A stretch of DNA of 63,194 nt, filler included, from Octopus bimaculoides (taxonomy: Eukaryota): assembly GCF_001194135.2 (NCBI RefSeq). It is 7 parts of 7 records of this genome, joined end to end, with 100 filler letters (N's around TTAATTAATTAA, not from the genome) between each part and the next. Parts side by side here need not be neighbours in the genome. Positions count along the whole stretch, not along the records: positions 10,189 to 24,756 come from NC_068981.1; positions 24,857 to 42,984 come from NC_068990.1; 5 more parts are not named here. One strand, written 5' to 3'. Under the pieces are notes generated by a model. The model saw only the letters and a program-made list of their open reading frames with translations. It was not told where the DNA came from and did not search any database. Positions 11,999 to 25,180 of this stretch are shown piece by piece (position 1 is the stretch's first letter; every line of letters begins with the position of its first letter). The position numbers and the translations under genes are program-made.

Positions 11999-12046
<48 letters not shown>

Positions 12047-12971
12047 AGTACCATCAATTCAGCGCTACATAATTCAGTGCATAAACAATCTAGCGCATAC
12101 ACAATTCAGGGCATGTAATATAAGTAATTTATTATTACATTATATTGGTGTTGGTTGTATATCTAAAAGACACGCACATGCAACCTACAGACAAAACAGT
12201 TATAGAATAAGTTAACCTTACAGAAACAGAAAGCATATACGTACATGAAACAGACATCAGCAAGGAAACGTAAACATATATACATACGCCCATACGAAAC
12301 TATAATTACACGTCTTGAATCTCCCATGAAAATTTAACTAGCTAACTACTGGTTGAAACTAGTTCAGTATTTATTGCTTTTTAAACAGTTTTGTTCAATA
12401 GACTGAGACTGACGGTGAATCAGTAAAATTTAAAAATTAGTCGGACACTAACACCAAGGTTGAATAAGATGCCCTGCACTGAATTGTCGCGTAACGATAT
12501 GTGTGTTTGTGTGTGTGTATAACGTGTGCATATATTGTCTACCCATGCGGGCATATATATATATGGGGAATATGATGAATAAAATCATAATTAACTGATA
12601 CTCCGCTATTTTATTTTACCCAAAGCCAGGAACTTTCAGCACTCGCTCGTACATGAACTTTAGCGAAGTTATGGATGACTAAGCTCATGTAATGCCTGAG
12701 GAACTGAAATTTATGCAATATGATGTTATCTATTCGGACTGCATTAAATAAATTTCCAGTGAAATACTTGTCGCAAACTTAAACGCCATTCGTCTGTCGT
12801 TTATTATAATTTACGCCACATTAAAGATTCACTGATAAATCAGATAATTGGAAATTAATTCGAATAGTGAAATACTAAACAACAGTATTATGGAATATTT
12901 CTTCGTTTGCTCCGTGTGATTATATTCAGCCAATTTGTGGCAACATATACATTGATGTATCTTGAAGTAAT

Positions 12972-13058
<87 letters not shown>

Positions 13059-14129
13059 CACATACATGAGTAAGCACATAAATACTAAGCAAAATGGGAA
13101 AAATAGTACTCGAATACAAAGGTGGAATAATATGCCTTTTTGATCACATCTGTCCGNNNNNNNNNNNNNNNNNNNNNNNNNNNNNNNNNNNNNNNNNNNN
13201 NNNNNNNNNNNNNNNNNNNNNNNNNNNNNNNNNNNNNNNNNNNNNNNNNNNNNNNNNNNNNNNNNNNNNNNNNNNNNNNNNNNNNNNNNNNNNNNNNNNN
13301 NNNNNNNNNNNNNNNNNNNNNNNNNNNNNNNNNNNNNNNNNNNNNNNNNNNNNNNNNNNNNNNNNNNNNNNNNNNNNNNNNNNNNNNNNNNNNNNNNNNN
13401 NNNNNNNNNNNNNNNNNNNNNNNNNNNNNNNNNNNNNNNNNTATGTATGTATGTATGTATGTATGTATGTATGTATGTATGTATGTATGTGTGTGTGCGT
13501 GTATGTGTATTTATATATATTCCAAACTTCAAACTGAATCGCCACGACGAACCTATAGGTGAATTGCATCTTATATAATCGGCATCTCAAAGAATCGATC
13601 CTATGTTTCCTCTGCGTGTCGAAAAACGCGATTCAACTGGTTGAGGTAGGGTTTGTACACCGACCCCGTCAAACCCTCCCCAGCAACCACCCGAGAAACA
13701 GGTCTACGGGGTGGAGGGTTATGGTCTGAGTGCTGCAACGTTGCCATCCTCAAGAATTAGAGAATCAGCAGCAAATGCTGGATGCAGCGAAGGATGTTAC
13801 ACGCTGTTTGTGCGTGTGATATGTGTGTGCGCATGTGTGTGTACGTATCTCTGTATGAATATATCTGTATATATATAATGAAAATTTAGAAAATGGAGAT
13901 GTAGCATTGATATATTTTATTATCCGCAAAAATTCAACATATTCGCTTACAGCTGTTTCAAATTAACCTCAAAGGGTAAATTACAATAATTAAATAATTG
14001 CATTAGGCAAAATCATCTCTGCTGAGATAATTTGAAAACACAACACCTAATAACCTAACGGTATATATTTTTCACTGGAATAGGATACAATTAGCTTGTG
14101 ACAAAGCGAACAGGGTGAACACGTTGTAT

Positions 14130-14720
14130 AAAATCAGCAAATATCAAGGAGTGATGTTTGTAGAGGTCAGAGCCCATGGTGAACTAGCCTGTAGACTTAG
14201 GAAGGCTATGAAGGAGATCACACTCAACATTAAGATTGTTGAAAAGCCAGGGAACTTTATCAGATCACAACTATTTAGCACGTACCACCTTTGAGGATAC
14301 CACATGCACCAATGATAACTGCATAGTATGTAGGATTAGCCCTGGCATTAACTGTAGAACTAGAAATGCAGTGTACAGCATAAGATGCATAGAAGGTGCT
14401 TGTAAAGACATGAACATGGCATACATAGGGGAAACATCTAGGAGCATTGCGGAAAGACTAAATGACATTTGAGACAATATAACGACTATAAACAGTCCTC
14501 CATACTCTATCAATATGCCAAGGACCAACATGGGAGGCAACCTGGGCCAACTTGACATCTGCATTTTATCCAAGCACCAAGAGGACCCAGAAAAATACAA
14601 GAGTACACCCTCATAAATGAAGCATACCCAGTACTAAATAGGAAATATACGTGGTAGATAATCACACCCCGTTACCCACAGTTTATATTTATATACAGGT
14701 AGAATAGTTAGTGGGCTGCT
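14130..14720 (+). mobile_element. Penelope-like element C-terminus: linker + GIY-YIG endonuclease (pseudogenised)
   Basis: KYQGVMFVEVRAHGELACRLRKAMKEITLNIKIVEKPG, then after a frameshift CTNDNCIVC...CRTRNAVYSIRC...YIGETSRSIAERLNDI*, then HGGNLGQLDICILSKH...INEAYPVLNRKY. This is the CxxC...VY..YIGET..R..(H) pattern of PLE GIY-YIG domains, with stops and frameshifts. Confidence 0.85.
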
Positions 14721-16451
14721 ATGTAGATAGATGTATGTACGTCTGTGTGTGTATGTGTATATGTATATGCACATGCATGTAGGCATGTGGATATGAATGT
14801 GAAAAGATAGACATACAGACGGATAGGTACATAGTTTATATGAACAGTGAAGCCCACATACATACACATAAAGAAATGAAGCTTGAAACACATGACCACA
14901 CGCACACACACACTTCACTTCATACAAGTTCACATATGGAGACACACGTCCACACATGAAGATGCACATCCATGCACACAGGCACAGTACATAGTCACAA
15001 AAACCCATACGCACACACACACAGACACAGTCAGACATGCACACACAAGGAGACAGAGGTTCAAACACACACACATGCAAACACACACATACACATAAAA
15101 ACACACAAGCATAAACACTCAAACACATGAATATGCAGAATACATACAAAGGTACACTCATACATATATACATACGCACACATACATACATGCATGCATG
15201 CATATACGCACCTAGGTACGTGCATGCATACATACACACATGCATATGCGCACACACATTGGCTCACACGCATGCACACAAACAAACAAAAGCAATGCAA
15301 CATAAATAACGAGCAGAATCAAAAACTATTGAAAAGGTTGCAAGATGCAACGAAAATTTTAGAAAGATAAATAATTAAATGAGTGGAAATTTTACCGCTG
15401 AGTATGTTAAATTCTAAGGCACTAAAAGGGACTGACTCTCCCCAGACAACAGAATATACTTCAACAGACGAACTCACATACAGAATCTTGCAACCTAAAT
15501 CCCAAAACAAAATTTTCTATTGGATTTTTGCAGATAATAAATCATATTAATGCTACATCTCCATTTTCTAAATTTTCTTTTGAATATTTATGAACCAAGA
15601 TTTATATGTAGACCTATTATTTTATGAATATAATTATTCACAAAAAATCCTAGGCATTCAGCGAGTAATTCATTGAATATTACTTATCGAGGCTATTTTA
15701 ACCTCTAATTGAATATATTTATATATGTATGTATGTGTGTGTACACACACACATATGTATGTATGTATGCATGTATGTATGTGAGTGTGTGTATATGAAT
15801 CACTACAATCGTTTTGACCCAACGTGCGTCGGTCCCTCTCGGATAAGATTCTGTACAACTGCCTGTGGTGCATCATTCGGTATAGGTGCGCCTCGTCACT
15901 TGACATTTTCAAAATATACTTACCTCATTAAACTCGGATTCGTTTAGTCCGAGTACTATATATTTCGCTATTTGCCTGTAGCTGATTGCGTACAGACGAA
16001 ATCATAGTTTAGAATTTCTTGCAAAAATACAGGTCATAAACGTGATACTATTAGGTGCATATACAAATAGATATATGCGTGTGTGTGTGTGTGAGAGTGC
16101 GTGCGTGTGTGTGCATGCGTGTATGTGTGTGTATGTGTGTGTATGTGTATGTGTAGTTATATATGTTTTATACTGGTCAGAGCCAACGCTTCCAATGCTC
16201 TGAATTTCGCAGTACTATTGTTCCAAACTAACAGTTAAATGCTATAAAAATATATGAAAAATCAAAATGACGATGATAAAATATGTATATTGTTATGTAT
16301 AAAATTTTACGATTGGGCGCAAAGCTTCTGCACATGTTTATTAATCGATTATATATGTTTGGAAATCTATCTATCTATCTATCTATCTACCTGTCTTTCT
16401 TTCTGTCTGTCAGTCTTTCTCTCTTTTCTATTTCTCTCTCTCTCTCTCTCA

Positions 16452-16539
<88 letters not shown>

Positions 16540-16609
16540 TGTCATGTCTATATATATAAGCATATATGCATATATCCGTGAAATATATATATATATGATA
16601 AATAATAAA

Positions 16610-16860
16610 TTAAATGCGCCCTTTTATAGCCTAGCCATGCTCATGGGCCCGGTTTCCCGATTTCTATGGCCTATCTGTTCCCCAGGTGGACGGGACTCCA
16701 GTCCATCGCACCGTTACTCATTTTTTCCAGCTGAATGGACAGGAGCAACGTGAAATGAAGAGTTTTGCCCAAGAACACAACGCGTCGCCTGGTCCAGGAA
16801 TCGAAACCACAATCTTACGATCATGATGCTGACACCCTAACCACTAAGTCACACGCCTCC
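16610..16860 (-). mobile_element. tRNA-derived SINE (second copy at ~29430-29590)
   Basis: The minus strand starts GGAGGCGTGTGACTTAGTGGTTAGGG (A box) ... GGTTTCGATTCC (B box), with a body containing GCGATGGACTGGAGTCCCGTCC and a tail AAAAGGGCGCATTTAA. Confidence 0.75.
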
Positions 16861-16869
16861 ACACACACA

Positions 16870-16920
<51 letters not shown>

Positions 16921-17039
16921 GTATATATATGTATATATATGTATATATATGTATATATANNNNNNNNNNNNNNNNNNNNNNNNNNNNNNNNNNNNNNNNN
17001 NNNNNNNNNNNNNNNNNNNNTATATATATGCGAGTAAAA

Positions 17040-17379
17040 ATAAATACAAAAAAGGTGGTTTTTTGTATGATTGTGTATAGAGGAATATATTAAAAGAGTT
17101 CCAACACTGTCTGTTTTTTATGTTTTATTTATATTCCTGCAGAACCAATGTGTGGTATAGAATATGGAATATACAATATATATAATATAATATACAATAT
17201 ATAATATAAAATAAAATAAAATAAAAATGGATGGCACCATGAAATAAAGTATTGAATGTAGATGAAATATTGAGTGTTCAATATAAAGGATCAAATATAT
17301 AACTATAAATATAAATATATAAAGGCGACTCGAGTTTCAGGGCTATTTCCCTTCGTCATGGCCGGTATGACAGACTTTA
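17040..17379 (-). mobile_element. Young ~340-bp AT-rich repeat carrying a minimal hammerhead-like fold (copy 1)
   Basis: Near-identical to 43085-43436 in the same orientation; both copies end at CAGACTTTA. Confidence 0.8.
17324..17363 (-). ncRNA. Minimal type I hammerhead ribozyme-like motif (variant core CAUGACGA)
   Basis: Minus: GGC-CATGACGA-AGGG(AAATAG)CCCT-GAAAC(TCGA)GTC^GCC. It has a 3-bp stem I, a 4-bp stem II, a palindromic stem III loop and a GUC cleavage triplet. There is one extra A between C3 and U4. Confidence 0.65.
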
Positions 17380-19260
17380 ACAGACTGTATATACAATAAG
17401 GTACGAAGCACGAGTACATGGAACAGGAACTATTCTTTGGAACAGCAAAGACACAAATGGAAAACAACGCAAACATAAAGAACGACCCGTAATCAGTTGT
17501 TGGCTGTTTCTCTAGTCTCGTATTTCGAGCACTTAGCAACAATATATGCTTTCGATAAAACAGTTGCTACCGCAAGCCAAATTAAACAATATTTGGGATT
17601 TGGGGGAACGTCAAAATAGAAAAACAGGGTAGTGAAAACAAATATGGAGGGCTGCTAACCCTAAACGAGGTTGTGGTGGCGAATGCGTAAATCAAGTTAA
17701 GACGGGAAACAAACAAGAGCACGTCTTCTTTGTTCCAGCTACAACGGAAAGGAAGAAAGATGGCCGATGGTCAGGTGAGAGCCATGTAAACAAGGGAGGA
17801 GGAGGAGGGGAGGGAGAGTGAAAGAGTAATAGGATAGAGTAGTGGGAGAAGAGGAGGTAAAAGAAAAAGAGAGAGAAAAATAAATGAGTAAAAAGATCGT
17901 ATAGAGTAAGCATCAGAATTATTAAGATAAAACTTTCTTGGAAGAGGATGCGTGCCGTTCAATCATATAATAATATAAATAATATATATACNNNNNNNNN
18001 NNNNNNNNNNNNNNNNNNNNNNNNNNNNNNNNNNNNNNNNNNNNNNNNNNNNNNNNNNNNNNNNNNNNNNNNNNNNNNNNNNNNNNNNNNNNNNNNNNNN
18101 NNNNNNNNNNNNNNNNNNNNNATATATATATATATATATACGTATATTTACATACTTACATACTTCGAAATACAAGACTAGAGAAAAGCCAACAATGAAG
18201 GGTCGTTCTTTATGTTTGTTTTGTTTTCCATTTGTGTCTTTGTTCGAAAGAATAGTTCATGTTCCATGTAATCGTGGTTCATAGTTTCTTGTACACATTT
18301 CATGACGCCCTGTGCCCGCATATGCATATATATGTATATACGTACAGATGTATGTACATACACGTATGCATATATGCATGTCTTCGTCTTTATGTTTTCG
18401 TTTCTCATTGTGTTTAACATTTTTTGTGATGTCCTGTACCAATATATGCATGTATGTATACATAGAGATGTAGGTATGTACATATATGTATGGATATATG
18501 TATATATTTGTATATTATTTATGTTATTATATGATCGAACGCCACGCAGTCTCTCCAAGTAAGTTTTATCTTAATAATTACTACTGCGCACTCTACTACT
18601 ATTACTATCACTTCCTTATCTATCCCTCCCCCTCTTTTGCTCTTCATGCTTTCTATTTTCCTCTCACAACCCTTCCCTATTCTTCTCTTCCTATCACCGT
18701 TCTCTCTCTCTCACTCCTTCACCTTGACCCTCTCGTCGCTGACACGTGACGAAAGGGATTCTTTCTTTCTATTTCCTGACTTCCAAAGAGAAGACGTGAT
18801 TTTTTGTCTCTTATCTAACTAGCGTTCAAAATAATAATTTTTTCTATCGTCTTGGCCTTACAACCTTTACCGTTTGTTTTCACTGTTCTGTCTTGTTTTT
18901 ACTGTCTTTTACTGTCTTGTTCTCACTGTCCTGTTCTTGTTTACACTTTCACCTTCCGCAAAAAATTCCAAATTTTATTTAATTTGCTTTGTGGGAAGGA
19001 CTGTTCCACGATGTCGCGTATTGTCCTTGCTTTCGAACGCGGAGTAGATGGAACAGGGACAACTGTCAAAGGGAAATATTCTTTATGCTGCATGTCTCGT
19101 TTCTTTGTTTGTTTTTTTCGTAGTTCGAAACAAAGTTCGTTTTCTGTCTTTATCGTTATGTTTTCGTTTCTCAATGTGTTTAACGTTTTTTGTGATGTCC
19201 TGTACCTATATATGAATGTATGTATGCATATAGATGTAGATGTAGGCATGTACATATATG
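17380..19260. mobile_element. Cluster of diverged, oppositely oriented copies of one repeat family (Penelope pseudo-LTR-like)
   Basis: 17400-17530 is the reverse complement of 18165-18275; 17900-17990 of 18490-18600; and 17560-17640 of ~18880-19010. The blocks 18390-18480 and 19155-19260 are direct copies. The PLE assignment is inferred. Confidence 0.6.
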
Positions 19261-20294
19261 CTTCGAGGGACTAAATAAGTCAAAAACTACCAAAAGAATA
19301 AGCAACATATTTACTGAAAGCGAGAGAATGCAACTTTTCATTTTGAGGTTTTTTCACGCTGACTACTTGATAGATTCTTATAAAGAATTTATCCTATATT
19401 ATATTATAAATAATTAGAATATATTCAGTGCTGAATATTATTCTGTATAAGCACATGTTACTGAGATGCAACTGGATAAATTCAAATCTCTTTCATGGAT
19501 ATATAATCATGAACGAAAGTCGTCGTACTGTGATGGCTACATCGTGGTAGGTTGATTCTTGTTTATTCTTTATGTATCTTGACCATACGTGTACTGATGA
19601 ACAAAAGAATACAGGTTACTTCACAGTTTTTCTGTATTTGATTGAGAAACCAGTGGTCTACCGTTGAGTTAAATGTTTTTAAGAGATAANNNNNNNNNNN
19701 NNNNNNNNNNNNNNNNNNNNNNNNNNNNNNNNNNNNNNNNNNNNNNNNNNNNNNNNNNNNNNNNNNNNNNNNNNNNNNNNNNNNNNNNNNNNNNNNNNNN
19801 NNNNNNNNNNNNNNNNNNNNNNNNNNNNNNNNNNNNNNNNNNNNNNNNNNNNNNNNNNNNNNNNNNNNNNNNNNNNNNNNNNNNNNNNNNNNNNNNNNNN
19901 NNNNNNNNNNNNNNNNNNNNNNNNNNNNNNNNNNNNNNNNNNNNNNNNNNNNNNNNNNNNNNNNNNNNNNNNNNNNNNNNNNNNNNNNNNNNNNNNNNNN
20001 NNNNNNNNNNNNNNNNNNNNNNNNNNNNNNNNNNNNNNNNNNNNNNNNNNNNNNNNNNNNNNNNNNNNNNNNNNNNNNNNNNNNNNNNNNNNNNNNNNNN
20101 NNNNNNNNNNNNNNNNNNNNNNNNNNNNNNNNNNNNNNNNNNNNNNNNNNNNNNNNNNNNNNNNNNNNNNNNNNNNNNNNNNNNNNNNNNNNNNNNNNNN
20201 NNNNNNNNNNNNNNNNNNNNNNNNNNNNNNNNNNNNNNNNNNNNNNNNNNNNNNNNNNNNNNNNNNNNNNNNNNNNNNNNNNNNNNNNNNNNNN

Positions 20295-20360
<66 letters not shown>

Positions 20361-21806
20361 ACACACGAACACAGACACCAGCACAGACACGGACACACAC
20401 ACGTGCACACTTATATACGTGAAAATATTGGAACATAAAAGTACGGGCCTACTTCTTTCTGTTGTTGACCTGAGATTTTATTTTTTTTGTCATCATGTGA
20501 ATATATGTATATCATGTCACTGATAAAAATATTATATAATAAAAAAGCAACAACACAAAAATCGAAACAATCAGCTTTAAATAAATGATTCAATAAATAT
20601 ATAAGTAAATTACGATGTGTGTGTCTCCTCGCAGATCGTTGCAACGTAGCGAATCCCTTTGCTGAACAAATTACAGGCAGCGCTAACTATATCGAATTTG
20701 TTTACGTTCAGCTTTGCCATTCCTACATCAACATTGCTAGGTGTAACATCTTAAACACGCGTATCATGTGAAAGTGTATCTGTTTAGAATATCAATAAGT
20801 GTTTCAGTCTCTTAATTTTGTTTACTTTTTAGCTTTGACTCTTCTTTTTCTTTGTTTATTGTGTGTCTTTTTAATGCCTTTAAATTAGCCTGTTCAGGAT
20901 TGTAAACTATTAACTGGAGAAGCTACAACAAAGCGCCGCACAAGAACGAACGATAAACATACAAGCAGGCATACACGCTCTCTTTCTTTTCCCTCTCTCA
21001 CTCTTACTCTCACTCACTCACTCTCGCTCTCTCTATGTCTCTTTCACTCCCACGCACACGTACATTTATTCACAAACACGCGCACATGCATTCCTAAGCA
21101 ATCGCACACACACACGTACACATCATTTGCCGAAATACACAAACAAGCAAGCATATACGAATACATAACTATATCTATCTATATATGTGCGTGTGAGTAT
21201 ACGTTTAAGAACTATCCACCTATCTATATAATATCTGTATCTCTCTATATATTTATATGTATATATAATCCTCCTATACAGGCACGCATAGAACACACAC
21301 ACACACACACACACATACACACACATGCACGTATAAATTCTATCACACTAACAAAAACATGCGTTCGATGTGCACGCGGTGTGGTGCAAACAAGTTACTT
21401 GGAGGAGAGAAATTACAATGAAAGGTATTTCCCTACTTTTTAACTTTTTCTATGCAAATCATTTAAGCGTTTATCAACTTACTGTCCTTGTTTCCATGTT
21501 AATTTCTTGCTTTCTTCCTACTATTACAAACCCCATCCTCTAAATTTATTTATCTTAATTTTCCAGTTAATTCATTCAGGTTTTTAACTACTTAGGCCTG
21601 TTCATAGTTTGTATAACTTAAATCGACGAAACAAAGAGTTGCAGTACACATTTATTTTTTTATTAGAGAAATTTAACTATTCACTCCATATTGAGTCCTT
21701 TAACCGTTGAACGTTTGTTGGCATATATCAATTAATATATCTAGCATTTACACATACATTCATGCATGAAGACATACAATAACACTTAGATATTCATAGA
21801 TATGTG

Positions 21807-21868
<62 letters not shown>

Positions 21869-21913
21869 TACTTATATATTTGTATATTAGACTGTATCAC
21901 ACACACACCACAC

Positions 21914-21959
<46 letters not shown>

Positions 21960-22354
21960 ACAAATATATATACATTATAATAATGGATATATATATATGT
22001 ATATATATATGTATATATGTATATGTACATATACATGTGTATATACATATATATATATTTCTATGTGTATCTCTCAATATATATCTGCGTGTATCTCTCT
22101 CTCTCTCTTTCTATATTTCTATATTTCTAATATGTAGATATAAGTGCGTATGTATATATAAGTGCGCGCACGCACATGCAGAGAGAGTGACAGACAGACA
22201 GACAGACAGACACACACACACAGCTGCACACAACCACTTCACGCGCGCACACACATACACACTCAAATATATGCAATACATATATCATATCGAGGGAGGT
22301 AGAAGTGATTACCTTCGTATGATAAAAATTATAGTATATATATTGTTATTATTC

Positions 22355-23822
22355 TGCAGGCAGAATCGTTAGCACGCCGGGTGTTATGTTCTGAGTTCAA
22401 ATTCCGTTGACTTTGGCTTTCATCCTTTCGGGGTTGATAAATCAAGTACCAGTGAAACATTGAGGTTGATATAATCGAATTGTCCTCACCCCGAAAATTC
22501 AGGCCATGTGCCTTTAGCAGAAAGGATTATTATTAACATTATGAAGGCAGCGTGCTGGCGGGATGTTTAGCACGGCAAAATACTTGGCGGCATTAATCCA
22601 TCTGTACGTTCTCATTTCAAATCACTCCGAGGTCCACTTTGCTCTTCATTCATTCGGGGGTCGGTAAGATAGGTACCAATTGAATATTGGGATCGATGTA
22701 ACTGACTTACCCTCTCTCCCGAAATGACTGGCCTTGTGCTAAAGTCAGAAGCCATCATTAAATTGGCGAGCTGGCAGAAGCGTTTGTAAGTCAGGCAATT
22801 CGTCTGTCTCCACGCTCTGAGTTCAAATTCCGACGAGATCGATTTGGCGTTTCATCATTTCGGGGTCGGTAAAATAAGCACCAGCTGAGTACTGGGGTCG
22901 ATGCAATCAACTAGTCTCCCTGAAATGCAAAGCCTTATGTCTATAGTAGAAAGGATAATTTTTATCATAATTATTACAAAGTGAACAGGCAGAATTCTTA
23001 GCACTATGCACAAAAATGTTTCGCTGTAATTCTTGCGTCTTTATGTTCTGTGTTCAAATCCCGCCGAGGCCGTATTTGTTTTTTATCCTTTAGTGGTCTA
23101 TGAAATAAGTACCAATTGAGCACTGGAGTCGATTTAATCAACGAGCCCTATCTTCTAAAATTTCAAGCCTTGTACCTATAGTATAAGTTATTATTAAGCT
23201 GGTGTACTACCTGAAGTGTTACCTCATCCGACAAAACGTTTAGTAGCATTTTTTGAGGGTTTTTACGTTCCGAGTTCGAATTCCGCCCAGCTCAACTTAA
23301 TCTTTCATCCTTTTATGGATTGATAAAATACGTACCGTTCATGTACTGGGATCCACGTAATCATCTTCCTCTTGCTCTCAAAATTTCTAGCCATGTATCA
23401 AAATTATAAACTTTATTATTATAATAAAAACTTTGTTATTCTGCAGCATATATTGTTTTCAAAGTTTGGTACAATGCCAGCAATTGCGTGGGAGGGAGCA
23501 AATCGATTACACCGACACTAGCGCTCAACTGGTACTTATTTTATAGACTCCGAAAGGATGAAAGGAAACTTCAACACTGGCGGAATTTGAACTCAGAACA
23601 TAAAGATGGACAAATTGTGCCGTAAATATACTTCCCTACGCTAGGCACAAGGCTCGAAATTTTTGTGGAGGGTTCCAGTCGATTAGACCAACGCCAGTAC
23701 ACAACTTGTACTCAATTTATCCACTCCTAAAGGATGAAAGGCAAAGTCGATCTCGGCGGAATTTGAATTCAGAACGTAGAGACAGATGAAATAACGCTAA
23801 AAATTTCTGCCAGCTCGCCGCT
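22355..23822. mobile_element. Cluster of family-A SINEs: ~5-6 plus-strand units (22355-23400), then 2-3 minus-strand units (23455-23822)
   Basis: Repeated GGCAGAATCGTTAGCA / GAGTTCAAATTCC / CTTTCATCCTTTCGGGG motifs and their reverse complements. Confidence 0.75.
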
Positions 23823-24074
23823 TTTGTGCAGTAAACATTAAGTTTTGTTTAACTTCTGTTAGTATTTGAAATACATGTACAACATTATACGTAGCTGCTT
23901 TNNNNNNNNNNNNNNNNNNNNNNNNNNNNNNNNNNNNNNNNNNNNNNNNNNNNNNNNNNNNNNNNNNNNNNNNNNNNNNNNNNNNNNNNNNNNNNNNNNN
24001 NNNNNNNNNNNNNNNNNNNNNNNNNNNNNNNNNNNNTATATATATATGTATATATATGTATGTATGTGTGTCTT

Positions 24075-24735
24075 TAAACCCTCATCATCGCTTGACAACC
24101 GATTTTGTTGTGTTTACGTCCCCGTAATCTGGCGGTTCGGCAAGACGGCCGATAGAATAAGTACTAGGCTTGCAAAGAATAAATCCTGGGATCGATTTCT
24201 TCGACTAAAACCATTGAAGGCGGTGGTCCAGCATCGCCGCAGGCAAATGACTGAAAAGTGTAAAAGAATAAAAGAATACATATGGGTATAAATGCATAGC
24301 GTTCACATAAACGCGCGCGCACACACACACTCACACAAACTTATATATTCTAAATTTTTAAGAGAGGCTGTATGGTAGGTAGCTTGTTTCCCAACCACAT
24401 GACGCTGGGTTCAGTCCCACTGCGTGGCATCTTGGCCAAGTGTCTTCTACTATAGCGTCGGGCCGACCAAAACCTTGTGACTGGATTTGGTAGACGGAAA
24501 CTGAAAGAAGTCCGTCGCATATATGTATATATATGTGTGTGTCTATGTTTGCGTGTCTGTGTTTGCTTGACAATCGATGCTAGCCTGTTTATGTCTCCGT
24601 CACTTAGCGGTTCCGCAAAAAGGAACGATAGAATAAGTACTAGGTTTACAAAGAATAAGTCCCGGGGCCGATTTGCTCGACTAAAGGCGGTGCTCCAGCA
24701 TGGCCGCAGTCAAATGACTGAAACAAGTAAAAGAG
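24075..24735 (+). mobile_element. CORE-type SINEs (OR1-like): a 3' half (24075-24285) and a full copy (24365-24735)
   Basis: tRNA-like head TGTATGGTAGGTAG...GGGTTCAGTCCC, CORE-like CTTGGCCAAGTGTCTTCTACTATAGC, and a 3' part CCAGCATGGCCGCAGTCAAATGACTGAAACAAGTAAAAGA. Further copies at 8370-8450(-), 25792-26172, 26470-26710, 38395-38620(-) and 50215-50606. Confidence 0.75.
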
Positions 24736-24856
24736 TATATATATATATATATATATNNNNNNNNNNNNNNNNNNNNNNNNNNNNNNNNNNNNNNNNNNNN
24801 TTAATTAATTAANNNNNNNNNNNNNNNNNNNNNNNNNNNNNNNNNNNNNNNNNNNN

Positions 24857-25180
24857 TAGACAGTGTCACGTGACAACTAGCTGGGGCTGCCTGCTGGAGC
24901 CTAGCAGCAGATATAAAAAGGGGAACTTGACATGACGATCAGTCGGACGCTGACACTCGTTGATGCTGCATCGAAGAGGCCAGGGAATAGAAGAAAGAAG
25001 ACATACACCCAACACCGGAGCTGAAGACACCTCCGAAAGGAGGGGCCCCGCCACGTCAAAACGGTAGAAGAGTAGGGGCCGAAACCGGACGTGGTTCCTC
25101 CTGATGATGTCTTCAGCTAACTGGATCCTATAAAGGAGCTGTTGTGGTAGCAGACCACGAAACATGGTTGAAATTCCTCC
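24857..25180 (+). other. CpG/GC-rich island with E-box palindrome, TATA box and nested inverted repeats (retroelement terminal repeat or promoter)
   Basis: TGTCACGTGACA (24864-24875), TATAAAA (24912-24918), AGCTGAAGACA/TGTCTTCAGCT (25019-25029/25108-25118), CCTCC-GAAA-GGAGG, CCACGTC/GACGTGG and GGCCCC/GGGGCC. Confidence 0.5.

Noticed and set aside
15915-15977. ATACTTACCT (U1 snRNA-like 5' end), or a minus-strand exon ending GAG|GTAAGT
   Set aside because: No U1 body follows. The putative exon (QIAKYIVLGLNESEFNE) has a weak acceptor and no recognisable homology.
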